Of a stretch of DNA of 64,000 bases, positions 53,101 to 58,217 are shown piece after piece. The stretch covers positions 50,164 through 114,163 of the forward strand of contig CAZCZZ010000002.1 of the NCBI GenBank assembly GCA_964503335.1, read 5' to 3'. Made by a program: the position numbers and the translations under genes. Under the pieces are notes generated by a model, which searched no databases, had not been told where the DNA came from, and saw only the letters and a program-made list of their open reading frames with translations. The DNA comes from an uncultured Verrucomicrobiota bacterium. Lineage in GTDB: Bacteria; Verrucomicrobiota; Kiritimatiellia; CAIVKH01. Position 1 is the first letter of the stretch, and every line of letters starts with the position of its first letter.

Positions 53101-55474
53101 TCCGGCTGAACTGAGCAGCGTTGTCCTTTCCGGTCAGGTGCGCGACGTGACCAGCGGTATCGCTTTTACGTCGGAACCTCCGACCTACGCCATCCTGGAT
53201 TCAACAGGCGGAGTGGCCGCAAGCGGTGGATTCACCTACGGCCCGACCAACGAGGGCGCCGGATTGAATTGGACCAACCTGTGGACGACGAACCTGAACC
53301 TGACCGGGATCGCCGACTGCGGAACGTACACTGTGCGCGTGACGATCGCAGACGCCGACAATGACCGACCAGTGGATCGCCGTGAAACGAATCTCACTTT
53401 CCTTATCAGCGTGGCGAGCGGAAATGGGTCCGCCCCGATCGCGAGCAACCTTCTGGTTAATGCGACGGCGGCAAGCGCCGCCTCGATCAGCGATGCCACG
53501 GTGGCGGCCGGCGGGTGGTCGCTTGCGGTCAGCATGTATCATCCATCCGGTCTCCGGATCGACGCTCCGTACACGCCCACGTTCGTTCTGCGCAATGCGG
53601 CAGTGACGGGCGTGTCGACGCAGGAATGGACGAACATCGTGACGGCGGGCTCGAGCATGTATGCGACGAACAGCAACATGCCGGCCATCGGCTATTCGAG
53701 TATCGATACCGGCTACTACACCGTGGTCTGGTCCGCCCGCAGCCAGGGCTCCTGCTTCGGCGAAACGAATTTCTGCCCGTTCATCAATGGCGATACGAAC
53801 CGATTCCTCGTGTTTGACGACGACGTCACGGCGCCGGCCAATCCTTCCAACGTCGCATCACCCGCGGCCTACTGGACGAACCTGGCGAACGTGCAGGTTT
53901 CATGGCTTACCAACAACATCTCAGACGCTTCCAGCATGAGCTTCTACATCACGACCAACCGCACGGTACCGGTGTCGACGGCGGGCGGCGTGACGCTCGG
54001 CATGACCAATGCCTACATCTTCACCAACGCGGCGGAAGGCGTGTACACGAACTGGGTCTTTGCGGCCGACGCCGACAACGACCGCGTGAGCGACTCGCTC
54101 ATGAGCGCGATCACGAGCTTCGTCATGTACGTGGACCGCACGGCGCCGACGCAGGTTGTGTCCTTTGCCGCAGTTGTCGGCGCCAACGACAATACGTCGG
54201 AAATCGATCTCAACTGGGGCCCGCTGGCCGACGCAGGCAACAGCAACCTTTCGCCGTGGGCCAGCTACATTGTGTATTACACGGACGAGGCGACCGGGCC
54301 GTTTACGACCAGCAGCTATGTCACAGCGATGAACGGTGGACCTGCCGGGTTGGGGACCAACACGACGAGCAGCATCACGCTGCAGAATTTCGAGTTCGAC
54401 ACGACCTATCGCGTGGCGATCGCAGGCATGGATCGAGCCGGCAACATCGGGCCGATGTCCACGACCCAAACCGTTACGCTTGGCGTGTTTGCCCTCACGC
54501 AGGGTCTCGCCGCTGTCACGGAGGACGTGGATCTCTACCACACCGCCGTCACGGGCAAGCAGTACGACCTGATCTATGTGGATGCCGTGACCTTCGCGGA
54601 TTCGCTGACGAGCTACTGGAACCTGGCCCAGAGCGGGCAGGGCACGTATCGCTACGACACGGGCGCTGCATCGCGCGTTCCTCCGATCGATCTCGGGGGC
54701 GCCACGATGCGGTTCTATCGCGCGGCGCAGGAAGGTCGCTGGACCATCACCAACGTCCCGAACCGCGTTGCGAGCGTCGAGGTGTATGCGGCAAAACCCC
54801 TCACGTTGTCGCCGGGGCAGAACTTCGTCTCGCTCTTCGCGATTCCCGACACGAATCGCGTGGACTTCATCCTCGGCACGAACAAGCTTCCCGCCGGCGG
54901 CACGCTTGCCACGAGCACCGTCGTATCCTTCTATGGCGTCTCGACAAACGGTCACCCCGACGCCGTGTCGATCTGGCTCAGCGACGGAGGCTATTGGTTG
55001 TACAGCACGGGCGGCTTGGCGAATCACCAGTCGCTTCCGCTGTACGAAGGATTCAACATAGCGCTGCCGACCAGCGCTTCGACCCAGAAGGTCCTGCTTG
55101 TGGGACGTATTCCGACGAACACCGTCGTGCAGTCGCTTTCGCCCAACGCGTACAATGTCGTGAGCTACACCGTGCCGCGGCGGATGAGGGTATCCGAGCT
55201 GGGGCTGCGTGAGGCAGGACTCACCACGGGAGCGACACCTTCCACGGCCGACGAGATCCGCATCCTGCAACGCGGCCTCGGCTCCCTCACCACGCCGAAG
55301 GTGCGCATCATCCACAACGGCACGAACTTCGTCACATGGCCCGCGAAAACGAGCGCGAATAACTATATGATCGAAGCTGACGACGCCATTATCATCTACC
55401 GCCGTCCCGGCAGCACCATGAGCTGGACCAACAAGCTGTATTACACACCGCCTGTGCGGAACATGAATCCGTAG
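38177..55474 (+). CDS. Giant secreted multidomain surface protein 2 (~5760 aa), a paralogue of giant 1. It has an N-terminal beta-sandwich module, choice-of-anchor-D-like, BACON-like/FN3/LamG-like super-modules, a Calx-beta domain, an EEP (DNase I-like) domain, FN3-like domains, cadherin-like DxDxDR modules and the shared ~330-aa C-terminal tail.
   Basis: Uninterrupted 17.3-kb ORF. The start is uncertain: ATG 38177 (ATGA overlap with the upstream gene) gives a long N-region before the hydrophobic stretch 'ALRVAALATVLTGSVSHA'. The ORF-track start 38000 would overlap the upstream gene by 180 nt and lacks a signal peptide. An internal GTG start (~38250) cannot be excluded. Confidence 0.85.
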   Translation: MISRDSQADETRGLGVEYPIRWSINVAIEPRSDRHARSTCLRQRGWATHSALRVAALATVLTGSVSHAELLLGFDLLGQGGSQVTTTNTVAAANISTAAPNARITRGSGLQSSTASDSMSSSSWTLPGAATVANAITSNDYFTVRVVPEAGYLIDVTNFSWRTTRSGTGPTNYNLRAGNDGFASDIATWLNKGTTSNFVTTVNITGSTGVEFRIYGYSTHNNGGTARIAHGADFGQSGIDLAIFGTVNASGPDVGVLGNNTLVADGDTTPAYADHTDFGNVGLNQSNLVRTFTITNSGTASLGVGNITTSGTHAADFIVIAQPSNALAAGTISTFQVRFDPSATGTRTATIQFTNDAAGKSPYDFVVQGTGVAAGILRSPTSITVTTMVGTALGTSSFGVTNVGLGRLDYTISTNAAWLSVSPTSANLAETGGQQETITYSVTGLSGGTSNATVTITDSNASNSPQTVSVSLVLTNIPDPTAQSATGDGKEMMRLAWTKHSSFNVMIVYQLGSAPASPQQGTAYSVGDSVSGGGTVVYSGTGATLEHVVRTNATHYYAFYSINNNHYSPGVSANAATPAYGDGEIVDAIAYTNGVTINGVNGGNGWTSAWSVGSGTWTAETSSLTVETNYPTEYANRIRVADPGNGGQPYATRKFAAQSSGTLYMAAIVSYQYQGPWKFAGFSFVSNATEKVFIGKIPNSENNRFGLTSTRNATDYKTSGVTLGDFNTSTGNVYLMIGTYDFSTRDFKAKVYLRTTVVPETEPGSWDVATNLPANYANSIDGIRLASGALGAPDGSIGQTLYDEIRVATNWAGLLRIVAEPEIAVLGTNNAVVTSGDASPATADGTDFGNVNFAGSVSFTNVFSITNSGNANLVLTSISTSSAMGASADFTVISWPTTVLAGTRSNLVIAFNPETTGLRTALVSIANNDSDENPYTFVVQGTGTGYFETITFQGFEGSGTDTWNYLFVSNNPGTEIYVDGSTNASGLYAVALRGSASSNADPYVEFDNIDISAYAVVTLQVAFAVAGIDSGDDLELDLSYDGGTTWNGPGSTTLVFGANNTNLGFTGIGSTTVASNPWFVSLPSTSKQVKVRIRLDESSNDNSFDRTFADNIRLTGANAAPRVRFSAATYYTTETNGTVTIPVTISSSADATVRVALAGSALINSTNDYTVNGTNIIFAAGGTTTSNVVLTLVDDTAAEGLEEINLQLVNGQGTVPGDSAVTVVLLQDDDAFSVMSANLTAGTNIVDGTYTYDETAQRIIRRLRPDVLAIQEWKFTNASARAFVDSVLGTNYYYYIEPESDPNPIPNGVISRWPITVSNQWTDTFVGARDHVQVTIDIPGPRDLHVVSTHLKAGTSDAATRLDQVRELTNYIATAAFPTNDYLVVAGDLNLTNRTETTFVVLTQVVTDARQPADTEGNVNSSLGKTSPFDHVLPNNVLNNVHLTNRMAGFAFTNGMIFDTAQFDDHLLPALVEDSYPTNRAHHAVLKLFNLSTAAVPPTVTTTIASATNLTTATSGGNVTSDGGASVTNRGVVWSTSPGPTVPGLQTTNGTGTGSFSSTLTNLTPGGTYYYKAFAQNSVGTGYGAEYSLTTPCFSGIVTGLLVTVTNDIDFTLTWSNVQYATGFQLDVATSATFSTSGTQDDFTDGDFTNNPAWSGDATGYTNLTAGTLPSGVASTDGNYIGNPASTSGNNIMTIASSETSEWRFSLGSTTFSPSSANHFGVILMSDNAVQGDVTTNSFNGYYLRVGVDGATDYLELWRSSGTTKTKIGDYTTPGNFGADGLEDGLDLRITRNGSGVFELFYATGFTYASTPTSNGGTLTNTTHSSSSYFGVYSRFANTGRRVYIDNIQLGSGSSSYVAGYSNRAVGATSATVTGLTSGATYYYRVRATNEYCVSANSVTGTVTTVLLAPDIAVYGNNTLIADGDTTPAYADHTDFGSVGFINSNLVRTFTITNTGTGSLTLANVTTSGTAAADFIVLSQPSTPVAAGGTTTFQLRFDPSATGLRTATVQFANNVTGKNPYDFVVQGTGVAAGILRSPTSISVTSMVGSAPAAAGFGVTNVGLGQLIYTISTNAPWLSVSPTGDTLWETEGQQHTVSFSVTGYGAGTSNATVTITDSNASNSPQTIAVSMVLTNIPDATSNVATNDGSELIRIAWTKPGSLDVMIVHRGTNAPVAPTQGTAYNVGDAVGSGGGRVVYKGGGAYLDHVVNPGSDNYYVFYAVNNNHYSPGVTNVATTPAYGASERVEQFGYTNGVSLSGLGGGNLFTSTWSVGAGNFTVLSNGPTPNLYANTNYSAEAAQRVVSSNYVNDTEMRASRRFAAITNGSIYISYLVAVEYGGAGKYTGVRALSNTTERFFVGEGGGNDLLAIDGYGGGIQNTAFNINSFQSNTGNVYLVVARYIFSSNHVSVKGYYRTDTVPEAEPASWDTSVTASSDRSYIDGIEIVSGGFSGNQPGLVAFDEIRVSTNWAGIVPPSGVPGIGVNPSSVTVSVMRGSSPAAQTFTVTNVGQGALNYSISTSVSWIAVAPVAGSLSAFLGQIHTSSFNTVSLPVGTNIATVTVTAPLASNSPVTVTYNVIVTNIPPPTNVIASADGYEMVRLGWSPPPGLPTVMILHDDVPIATDPSQGTLYNVDSAVGLARVIYKGTNTSLEHIVAPGSTNHYAFYAVNGNYYSTDGSYTVIECPDTTATNLVAGDIAIFGLNTLTSGSTNYDSFGFITLTDLPTGTAINFTDNGWRSNDTFRTGEGTITWSATSCVPAGTVIRWISTNTPQVTVGSITTNSSFAPNIDGEQVLAYQGPATNPTFIYALGSHTDGVWHVDATDTHESALPRGLTNGLTAVVIAELNNVVISTNTLAISGDRAAILSYFGNTNNWVGDDSIIFDLLAYNFSFPDLNTSGGGVMTNVTMGLYRTNEIVDVFAYTNGNSISSPARNGGWGWTSTWTGAAGTWTALTNNTAEISFPSQPLYPTNAANILKLTDPGVSTTGRMHRYFQAVTNGSLYFSGFLSYQYEGFNKFAGFSFMSGGAETGFMGKISSPSHSFTLGIDTYGGSRVFAAYDLRGQENSTNNTYLIVGKYDFDTDLITVQSYYRGVAVPDTEPADWAATATVSGAGISLIDGIRVHGGADVGTIGNCYFDEIRVASSWGALINRNPPTVLTRPVSNILISAATGGGEVTSDGGATVTNRGVVYSTNALPVLTDSRTSDGTGTGIYASVMTNLIAGETYYVRAYAQNAAGTSFGAVSNFTTLCFTSVVTGLYANPTNSTDFTANWSALTGAARYQLDVSSVSNFTGNAPNYGVEVFTNIGGGTSSSYLQRNWTNNNIAWSAFGARTDQTIDGAAIALEDASGAYIVSGSITGGISELSVVHQMKFSGVGSTFDIFVNSTKVATNVAFDANIQTARVTGINVSGSFTISISNRATSAEQLALDTLTWTNDSSAGSFIAGYDSRSVTGTSQSVTGLLEGATYYFRVRAVGGGSCVSGNSSTVTVVTVDNRGPSLFAFNVDNRTNTDAMIRNGFAVTGLVYDAGYGVSNGVSTPYYLIRNNAGTTVAASNKFTTAPANGSVVTGNLAGTFSAVPQADVTLGIYTAIVGAVDLVPNVSVSNFFFTVVDDDTNIPEQVTLMSTNTGGGNLRFMQISIGAANITLGGGATSNLFYPTTDGALAAVAAANPLLFWMGARDESGLNRGTSTPTTNMNFTLDAIVISNTANFDATRSSSFASTTNTRATNVWAWTSPFTSDELTTLITNTVNGLGTNRISLSLFDADDDRIGDALTLIDRQYGYLVVTDDDTVVPTVGSTDINGVGAAGQLYTIFTETMGTAGTSGESIATHETNNRFDNTAFTMSGTGDARTTTASTGYDGASGSFNILLNAVGETFIIADINSSAYTNMSLVFGVYKSSTSENGSSLVVEVSTNGTTWNTLTIPALPTGAGTADWYSRTNSAGTIPSGTNLQIRFTGNTTSELRLDDVKLINLITDVSLTDGQIASGGYVVTSRVSDATSGIAVSNAFAPSYLILNQLGNLVVSNTFTTPFANGGGLTLTSVYSTAAAAVSTNVVTLGIYTTTVYVTDADADRNGDRLSSTGTPFSFTVIDDDTNAPVVSAFQLAGGTTNFDLSLGSIAITGLLTDASSVQYGGLTHILLLDNTGGIAQSNRLFAGTGSAATGTLSDAGLNCGNIYTVRLFAADADLDRPADQLFVTNMALVIQTTGTGGPADYPIASNLLVSGSTAAPTTTVFDATIRTGGWSLAMSLSHPVGVFTNATSPSFRVTNLVAEVIALMPWSNAVQSGNTYFFTNAPLPGAAYASVNTGIHFVVWSASNQGSCVASIIDRPVITGGTNVFAVVDEDEAVPVLSGFTLPGGGSTVSVATAFSGFAITGLIQDAGSGVAFTSQPPYALFYDVSGSVLASNAMLGGTEGNGTSPVAFTNWFSGITLSCGNFYTVRVFAADADNDRASDRTSVSTNVMVVATEGSGGDAPTAQDLLVNNTAASSVTLYDETIATGGWQVALVMSHSSGNIVTNGPNAPSFLVQNQTGTHVYSTSPLVWSNIVKSGVTYYATNTPMPAANTNWITTGTYSFVWSAQSDGLCFGVTNGSGNINPGTNKFLVVDDDVIPPNMSGISVAGGTGSVSGASDCADPTATNLLAGDIAIYAINTKTGSGTNNDSFAFVALVDIPTGTQIKFTDNGWKSSTASFRNNEGTITWMATGCVPAGTSIRWIATNTPLVSSGQIIATNGTFAPNIQGEQILAYQGSESSPNFLYAVNDRLNGIWDVDAVDSHSSAIPPGLIDGYTAVAVGEFDNIIINTNNLTITGDRDQILYYIGDKDNWIGSDTNVFDLLQFNFTFPDANAGGGAVTDQDILFGGWSITGLVQDVGSGLLVSNGPALRYVVLNTNSGVVVSNYFYTTFTNGTKVEQNLSNAVSAGSYSLNQLGTFTAQLYAADADVDRIADHAERNTNVPFQVVDDDTDYPQIGFFYINGQTTITNPAELSSVVLSGQVRDVTSGIAFTSEPPTYAILDSTGGVAASGGFTYGPTNEGAGLNWTNLWTTNLNLTGIADCGTYTVRVTIADADNDRPVDRRETNLTFLISVASGNGSAPIASNLLVNATAASAASISDATVAAGGWSLAVSMYHPSGLRIDAPYTPTFVLRNAAVTGVSTQEWTNIVTAGSSMYATNSNMPAIGYSSIDTGYYTVVWSARSQGSCFGETNFCPFINGDTNRFLVFDDDVTAPANPSNVASPAAYWTNLANVQVSWLTNNISDASSMSFYITTNRTVPVSTAGGVTLGMTNAYIFTNAAEGVYTNWVFAADADNDRVSDSLMSAITSFVMYVDRTAPTQVVSFAAVVGANDNTSEIDLNWGPLADAGNSNLSPWASYIVYYTDEATGPFTTSSYVTAMNGGPAGLGTNTTSSITLQNFEFDTTYRVAIAGMDRAGNIGPMSTTQTVTLGVFALTQGLAAVTEDVDLYHTAVTGKQYDLIYVDAVTFADSLTSYWNLAQSGQGTYRYDTGAASRVPPIDLGGATMRFYRAAQEGRWTITNVPNRVASVEVYAAKPLTLSPGQNFVSLFAIPDTNRVDFILGTNKLPAGGTLATSTVVSFYGVSTNGHPDAVSIWLSDGGYWLYSTGGLANHQSLPLYEGFNIALPTSASTQKVLLVGRIPTNTVVQSLSPNAYNVVSYTVPRRMRVSELGLREAGLTTGATPSTADEIRILQRGLGSLTTPKVRIIHNGTNFVTWPAKTSANNYMIEADDAIIIYRRPGSTMSWTNKLYYTPPVRNMNP
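41525..41865 (+). other. Calx-beta domain in giant protein 2.
   Basis: 'APRVRFSAATYYTTETNGTVTIPVTISSSADATVRVALAGSALINSTNDYTV...NVVLTLVDDTAAEGLEEINLQLVN...VTVVLLQDDD' has the Calx-beta layout, ending in the DDD motif. Confidence 0.7.
41870..42650 (+). other. Endonuclease/exonuclease/phosphatase (EEP, DNase I-like) domain in giant protein 2.
   Basis: Catalytic landmarks in order: 'VMSANL', 'VLAIQEW', 'VVSTHLKAG', 'VVAGDLNL', 'SPFDHVL' (Asn/Glu/His/Asp-Asn/Asp-His). Confidence 0.8.
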
Positions 55475-55503
55475 GGCATCCGTCCCCCATTCCAGGAGAA
55501 GAT

Positions 55504-58197
55504 ATGAAAAACATCGCAGTCTGTATTGTCGCCATGCTCCTGGCCCTTCACGACGTTGGAGCTGCCCAGATTGGCATCTACACATTCACCGGTGCCACGG
55601 GCGACGAGGCCACGTTGCCTGTAGACACACAGCCCAGCAACGCCGTCTTCTCGGTCATGAGCCGTGGGTCGGGATTGACCGCCTCAGCCGCGGCGAACAC
55701 GTTCAGCGCATCGGGTTGGACCACGGGCGCGCTGGACACGAATGACTACTACGAATTCTCGATTACGCCTGCCGACGGCGCATCCGCTACGTACACAAAT
55801 CTCAGCTTCACGGAGAGGCGGTCCGGCACGGGAATCGGCTCGTGGTTGCTTGCCAGCAGCCTTGATGGCTACGCGAGTGGCATTACAAACTTCACGGTGC
55901 CGGATAACACATCGGACCGGAATCACTCCATCCTGTTAGGGCCGGCATTTGCCGGTCTGTCATCCATCGTGACCTTCCGCTTGTATGGGTTTACCTCCGA
56001 GGCAGCCGGCGGGACGTGGCGCGTCGATAACGTCGCGTTGTCCGGCGACATCACGGGTGGCGGAGGCGGACCAGCAACCAATGTACAGTTCACAGCCTCG
56101 TCAGCATCCGTGAGCGAAGCGGCGGGTTCGTACACTGTCACGGTGTTCAAGACGACCGCGGACGGCAATGTAAGCGGGGAGGTCGCGATAAGCGGCACAG
56201 CCACCCAGGGAATCAGCGACGACTACACGATCGACACGACGAACTTCACCATGAATGGCGCGACGACATCAGCGACGTTTGTCGTCACACTCAACAACGA
56301 TACGAACACAGAGCCGTCGAAGACTGTGGGCCTGACCCTGGCCAATGTCACCGGCGGTACGATCGTTTCGCCTTCCGTCTTTACGCTGACGATCACGGAT
56401 GATGATGTCCCGCCGGTCCCCGCCGAGGGCATCGCGGCGTTCCGCTTCACCTCCGGTCCGCATCTCGCCGTGACGACGAAAGAGACGAACATCACTGTAA
56501 CGACAGTCGCGTTGTCGAGTGGGACCATTGAAACCAATCAGACGACGGGCACGGTGTTCCCGAATGAGCCGTTCATTCAGGAATCGTCCTGGACAGCGTC
56601 GAGCCAGGCGTCGGCCAAACGGTTCCAATTCACAATCACGCCTGATTCGGGTTACCAGGTGTCGGTCACCGGCATCAGCTTCCGCGCGCTTGCCACGGGT
56701 TCCGGGCCGACTGCGTTTGGCTACGACATCGGAGGGCTCGCCAGTTTTGCAGCGAACTTCACGAACGATGTACTCGTCGTTGTGAGCCAGTCTGTTGCGG
56801 GAGTTGATAACCAGACAGGTCCCGTCCTGATCCAGATTCAGGGCTGGACCAATGGAACGCGTGCTTCCAGCGGCGTGGGCGATTTTCGTCTCGATGATGT
56901 CGTTGTTTTCGGAACCATCGAAACCGCCGCAGTGACGACGAACGTCCGCTTCACGGCGTCATCGGCCACCGTCGGCGAAGCTGCCGGCACGCACAATGTC
57001 ACCGTCTTCAAGAATCTTGCCGACGGGAACGTGTCCGGCGAAATTGGCCTGGGCGGCTCTGCCACGATCGGTGGCGGAAACGACTACACGATCAACACCA
57101 CGAATTTCGCCCTCAACGGCGCCACAACCTCCGCGACCTTCACGATCACCATCAACGACGACGCGGCGGTCGAATCGACGGAAACGGTAGTCCTGACCCT
57201 GGCCAATGTGACCGGTGGCGATGTGGCGTCACCCTCAGTCTATACGCTGAGCATCACGAACAACGATGTGGCCCCCCCACCGTCATTCAACGTGTGGATC
57301 AATGAGCTGCACTACGACAATCAGGGTCCGGATACAGACGATGGGTTCGAAATTGCTGGCGCATCGGGGACAGACCTCTCCAGCTACAACCTGCTCCTCT
57401 ACAATGGCAGCGTACCTGGTACGATTGGCCAAGTGTACAGTAACCGTGTGCTGTCTGGAGTCATACCCAATCAGTCGAATGGCTATGGTGCGGTGTGGTT
57501 CAGCTATGACAATGGTGCCGGAAACGGTACTCAGAACGGTCCGGATGGCGTAGCCCTTGTCGTAAACACCACAACCGTAATTCAATTCCTCAGCTATGAG
57601 GGGACCATTCTCGCCGTCAACGGGGCGGCATCCGGAATGACATCCGAGGATATCGGTGTCGTGGAAGCCGGGACAGGGACCAATTTGACGGTGCTGAACA
57701 ATTCACTCCAGTTGTGTGGTACCGGCACGAATTACGCATCATTCGCATGGGCGACGAATTCGCCCAATACCCGCGGTCTGATCAATGCCTGCCAGTCGAT
57801 TCCCGGCGGCGGTGGTGGCACGGATGACGATGGCGACCTGCTGCCGAATGACTGGGAGACGCAGTATTTCGGCGGCGCGACGAATGCCACGGCGAATGCG
57901 GACAACGACAGTGATACGTACCTGAACATCGAGGAGTTTGTCGCGGGCAGCGTGCCGACGAACGGCTTGTCGTATCCCCGCGTGAGCGTGGTGACCGGGG
58001 TGGCGGCGGGTCAGCAGGTTCAGTTCCCATCCACGACAGGTCGCTTGTATTGGGTCGATTACCGCACGAACCTGCTTGCGGGTGACTGGCAGAATCTGCA
58101 GTCGAACGTGGCCGGATCGGGCGCGACGCTGCTCATCACCGACACGAACGGTGCACCGCAGAACAGCTACCGCTTCGGCGTGAAGATGGCGCCCTGA
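55504..58197 (+). CDS. Secreted 897-aa protein: signal peptide; two copies of an N-terminal beta-sandwich module, each followed by a Calx-beta domain; a lamin-tail domain (LTD); a dockerin-like double Ca2+ loop; and the shared C-terminal beta-domain.
   Basis: AGGAGA RBS 8 nt upstream of ATG 55504. 'MKNIAVCIVAMLLALHDVGAA' is a signal peptide. LTD signature 'VWINELHYDNQGPDTDDGFEIAGASGTDLSSYNLLLYNG'. Calx-beta units end in 'TLTITDDD' and 'TLSITNND'. Confidence 0.85.
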   Translation: MKNIAVCIVAMLLALHDVGAAQIGIYTFTGATGDEATLPVDTQPSNAVFSVMSRGSGLTASAAANTFSASGWTTGALDTNDYYEFSITPADGASATYTNLSFTERRSGTGIGSWLLASSLDGYASGITNFTVPDNTSDRNHSILLGPAFAGLSSIVTFRLYGFTSEAAGGTWRVDNVALSGDITGGGGGPATNVQFTASSASVSEAAGSYTVTVFKTTADGNVSGEVAISGTATQGISDDYTIDTTNFTMNGATTSATFVVTLNNDTNTEPSKTVGLTLANVTGGTIVSPSVFTLTITDDDVPPVPAEGIAAFRFTSGPHLAVTTKETNITVTTVALSSGTIETNQTTGTVFPNEPFIQESSWTASSQASAKRFQFTITPDSGYQVSVTGISFRALATGSGPTAFGYDIGGLASFAANFTNDVLVVVSQSVAGVDNQTGPVLIQIQGWTNGTRASSGVGDFRLDDVVVFGTIETAAVTTNVRFTASSATVGEAAGTHNVTVFKNLADGNVSGEIGLGGSATIGGGNDYTINTTNFALNGATTSATFTITINDDAAVESTETVVLTLANVTGGDVASPSVYTLSITNNDVAPPPSFNVWINELHYDNQGPDTDDGFEIAGASGTDLSSYNLLLYNGSVPGTIGQVYSNRVLSGVIPNQSNGYGAVWFSYDNGAGNGTQNGPDGVALVVNTTTVIQFLSYEGTILAVNGAASGMTSEDIGVVEAGTGTNLTVLNNSLQLCGTGTNYASFAWATNSPNTRGLINACQSIPGGGGGTDDDGDLLPNDWETQYFGGATNATANADNDSDTYLNIEEFVAGSVPTNGLSYPRVSVVTGVAAGQQVQFPSTTGRLYWVDYRTNLLAGDWQNLQSNVAGSGATLLITDTNGAPQNSYRFGVKMAP
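57288..57700 (+). other. Lamin-tail domain (LTD) in the 897-aa protein.
   Basis: 'INELHYDN...D..FEI.G.....LS.Y.L.LYNG' matches the LTD consensus found in ExeM/NucH-type extracellular nucleases. Confidence 0.7.
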
Positions 58198-58217
58198 TCC
58201 GGCCTCACCGAGGCCGG
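58198..58217. terminator. Short GC hairpin (ccggcctcaccgaggccgg) between the convergent 897-aa gene and the membrane/TPR gene.
   Basis: Inverted repeat read directly. It fills the 20-nt gap between the convergent stop codons. Confidence 0.4.
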
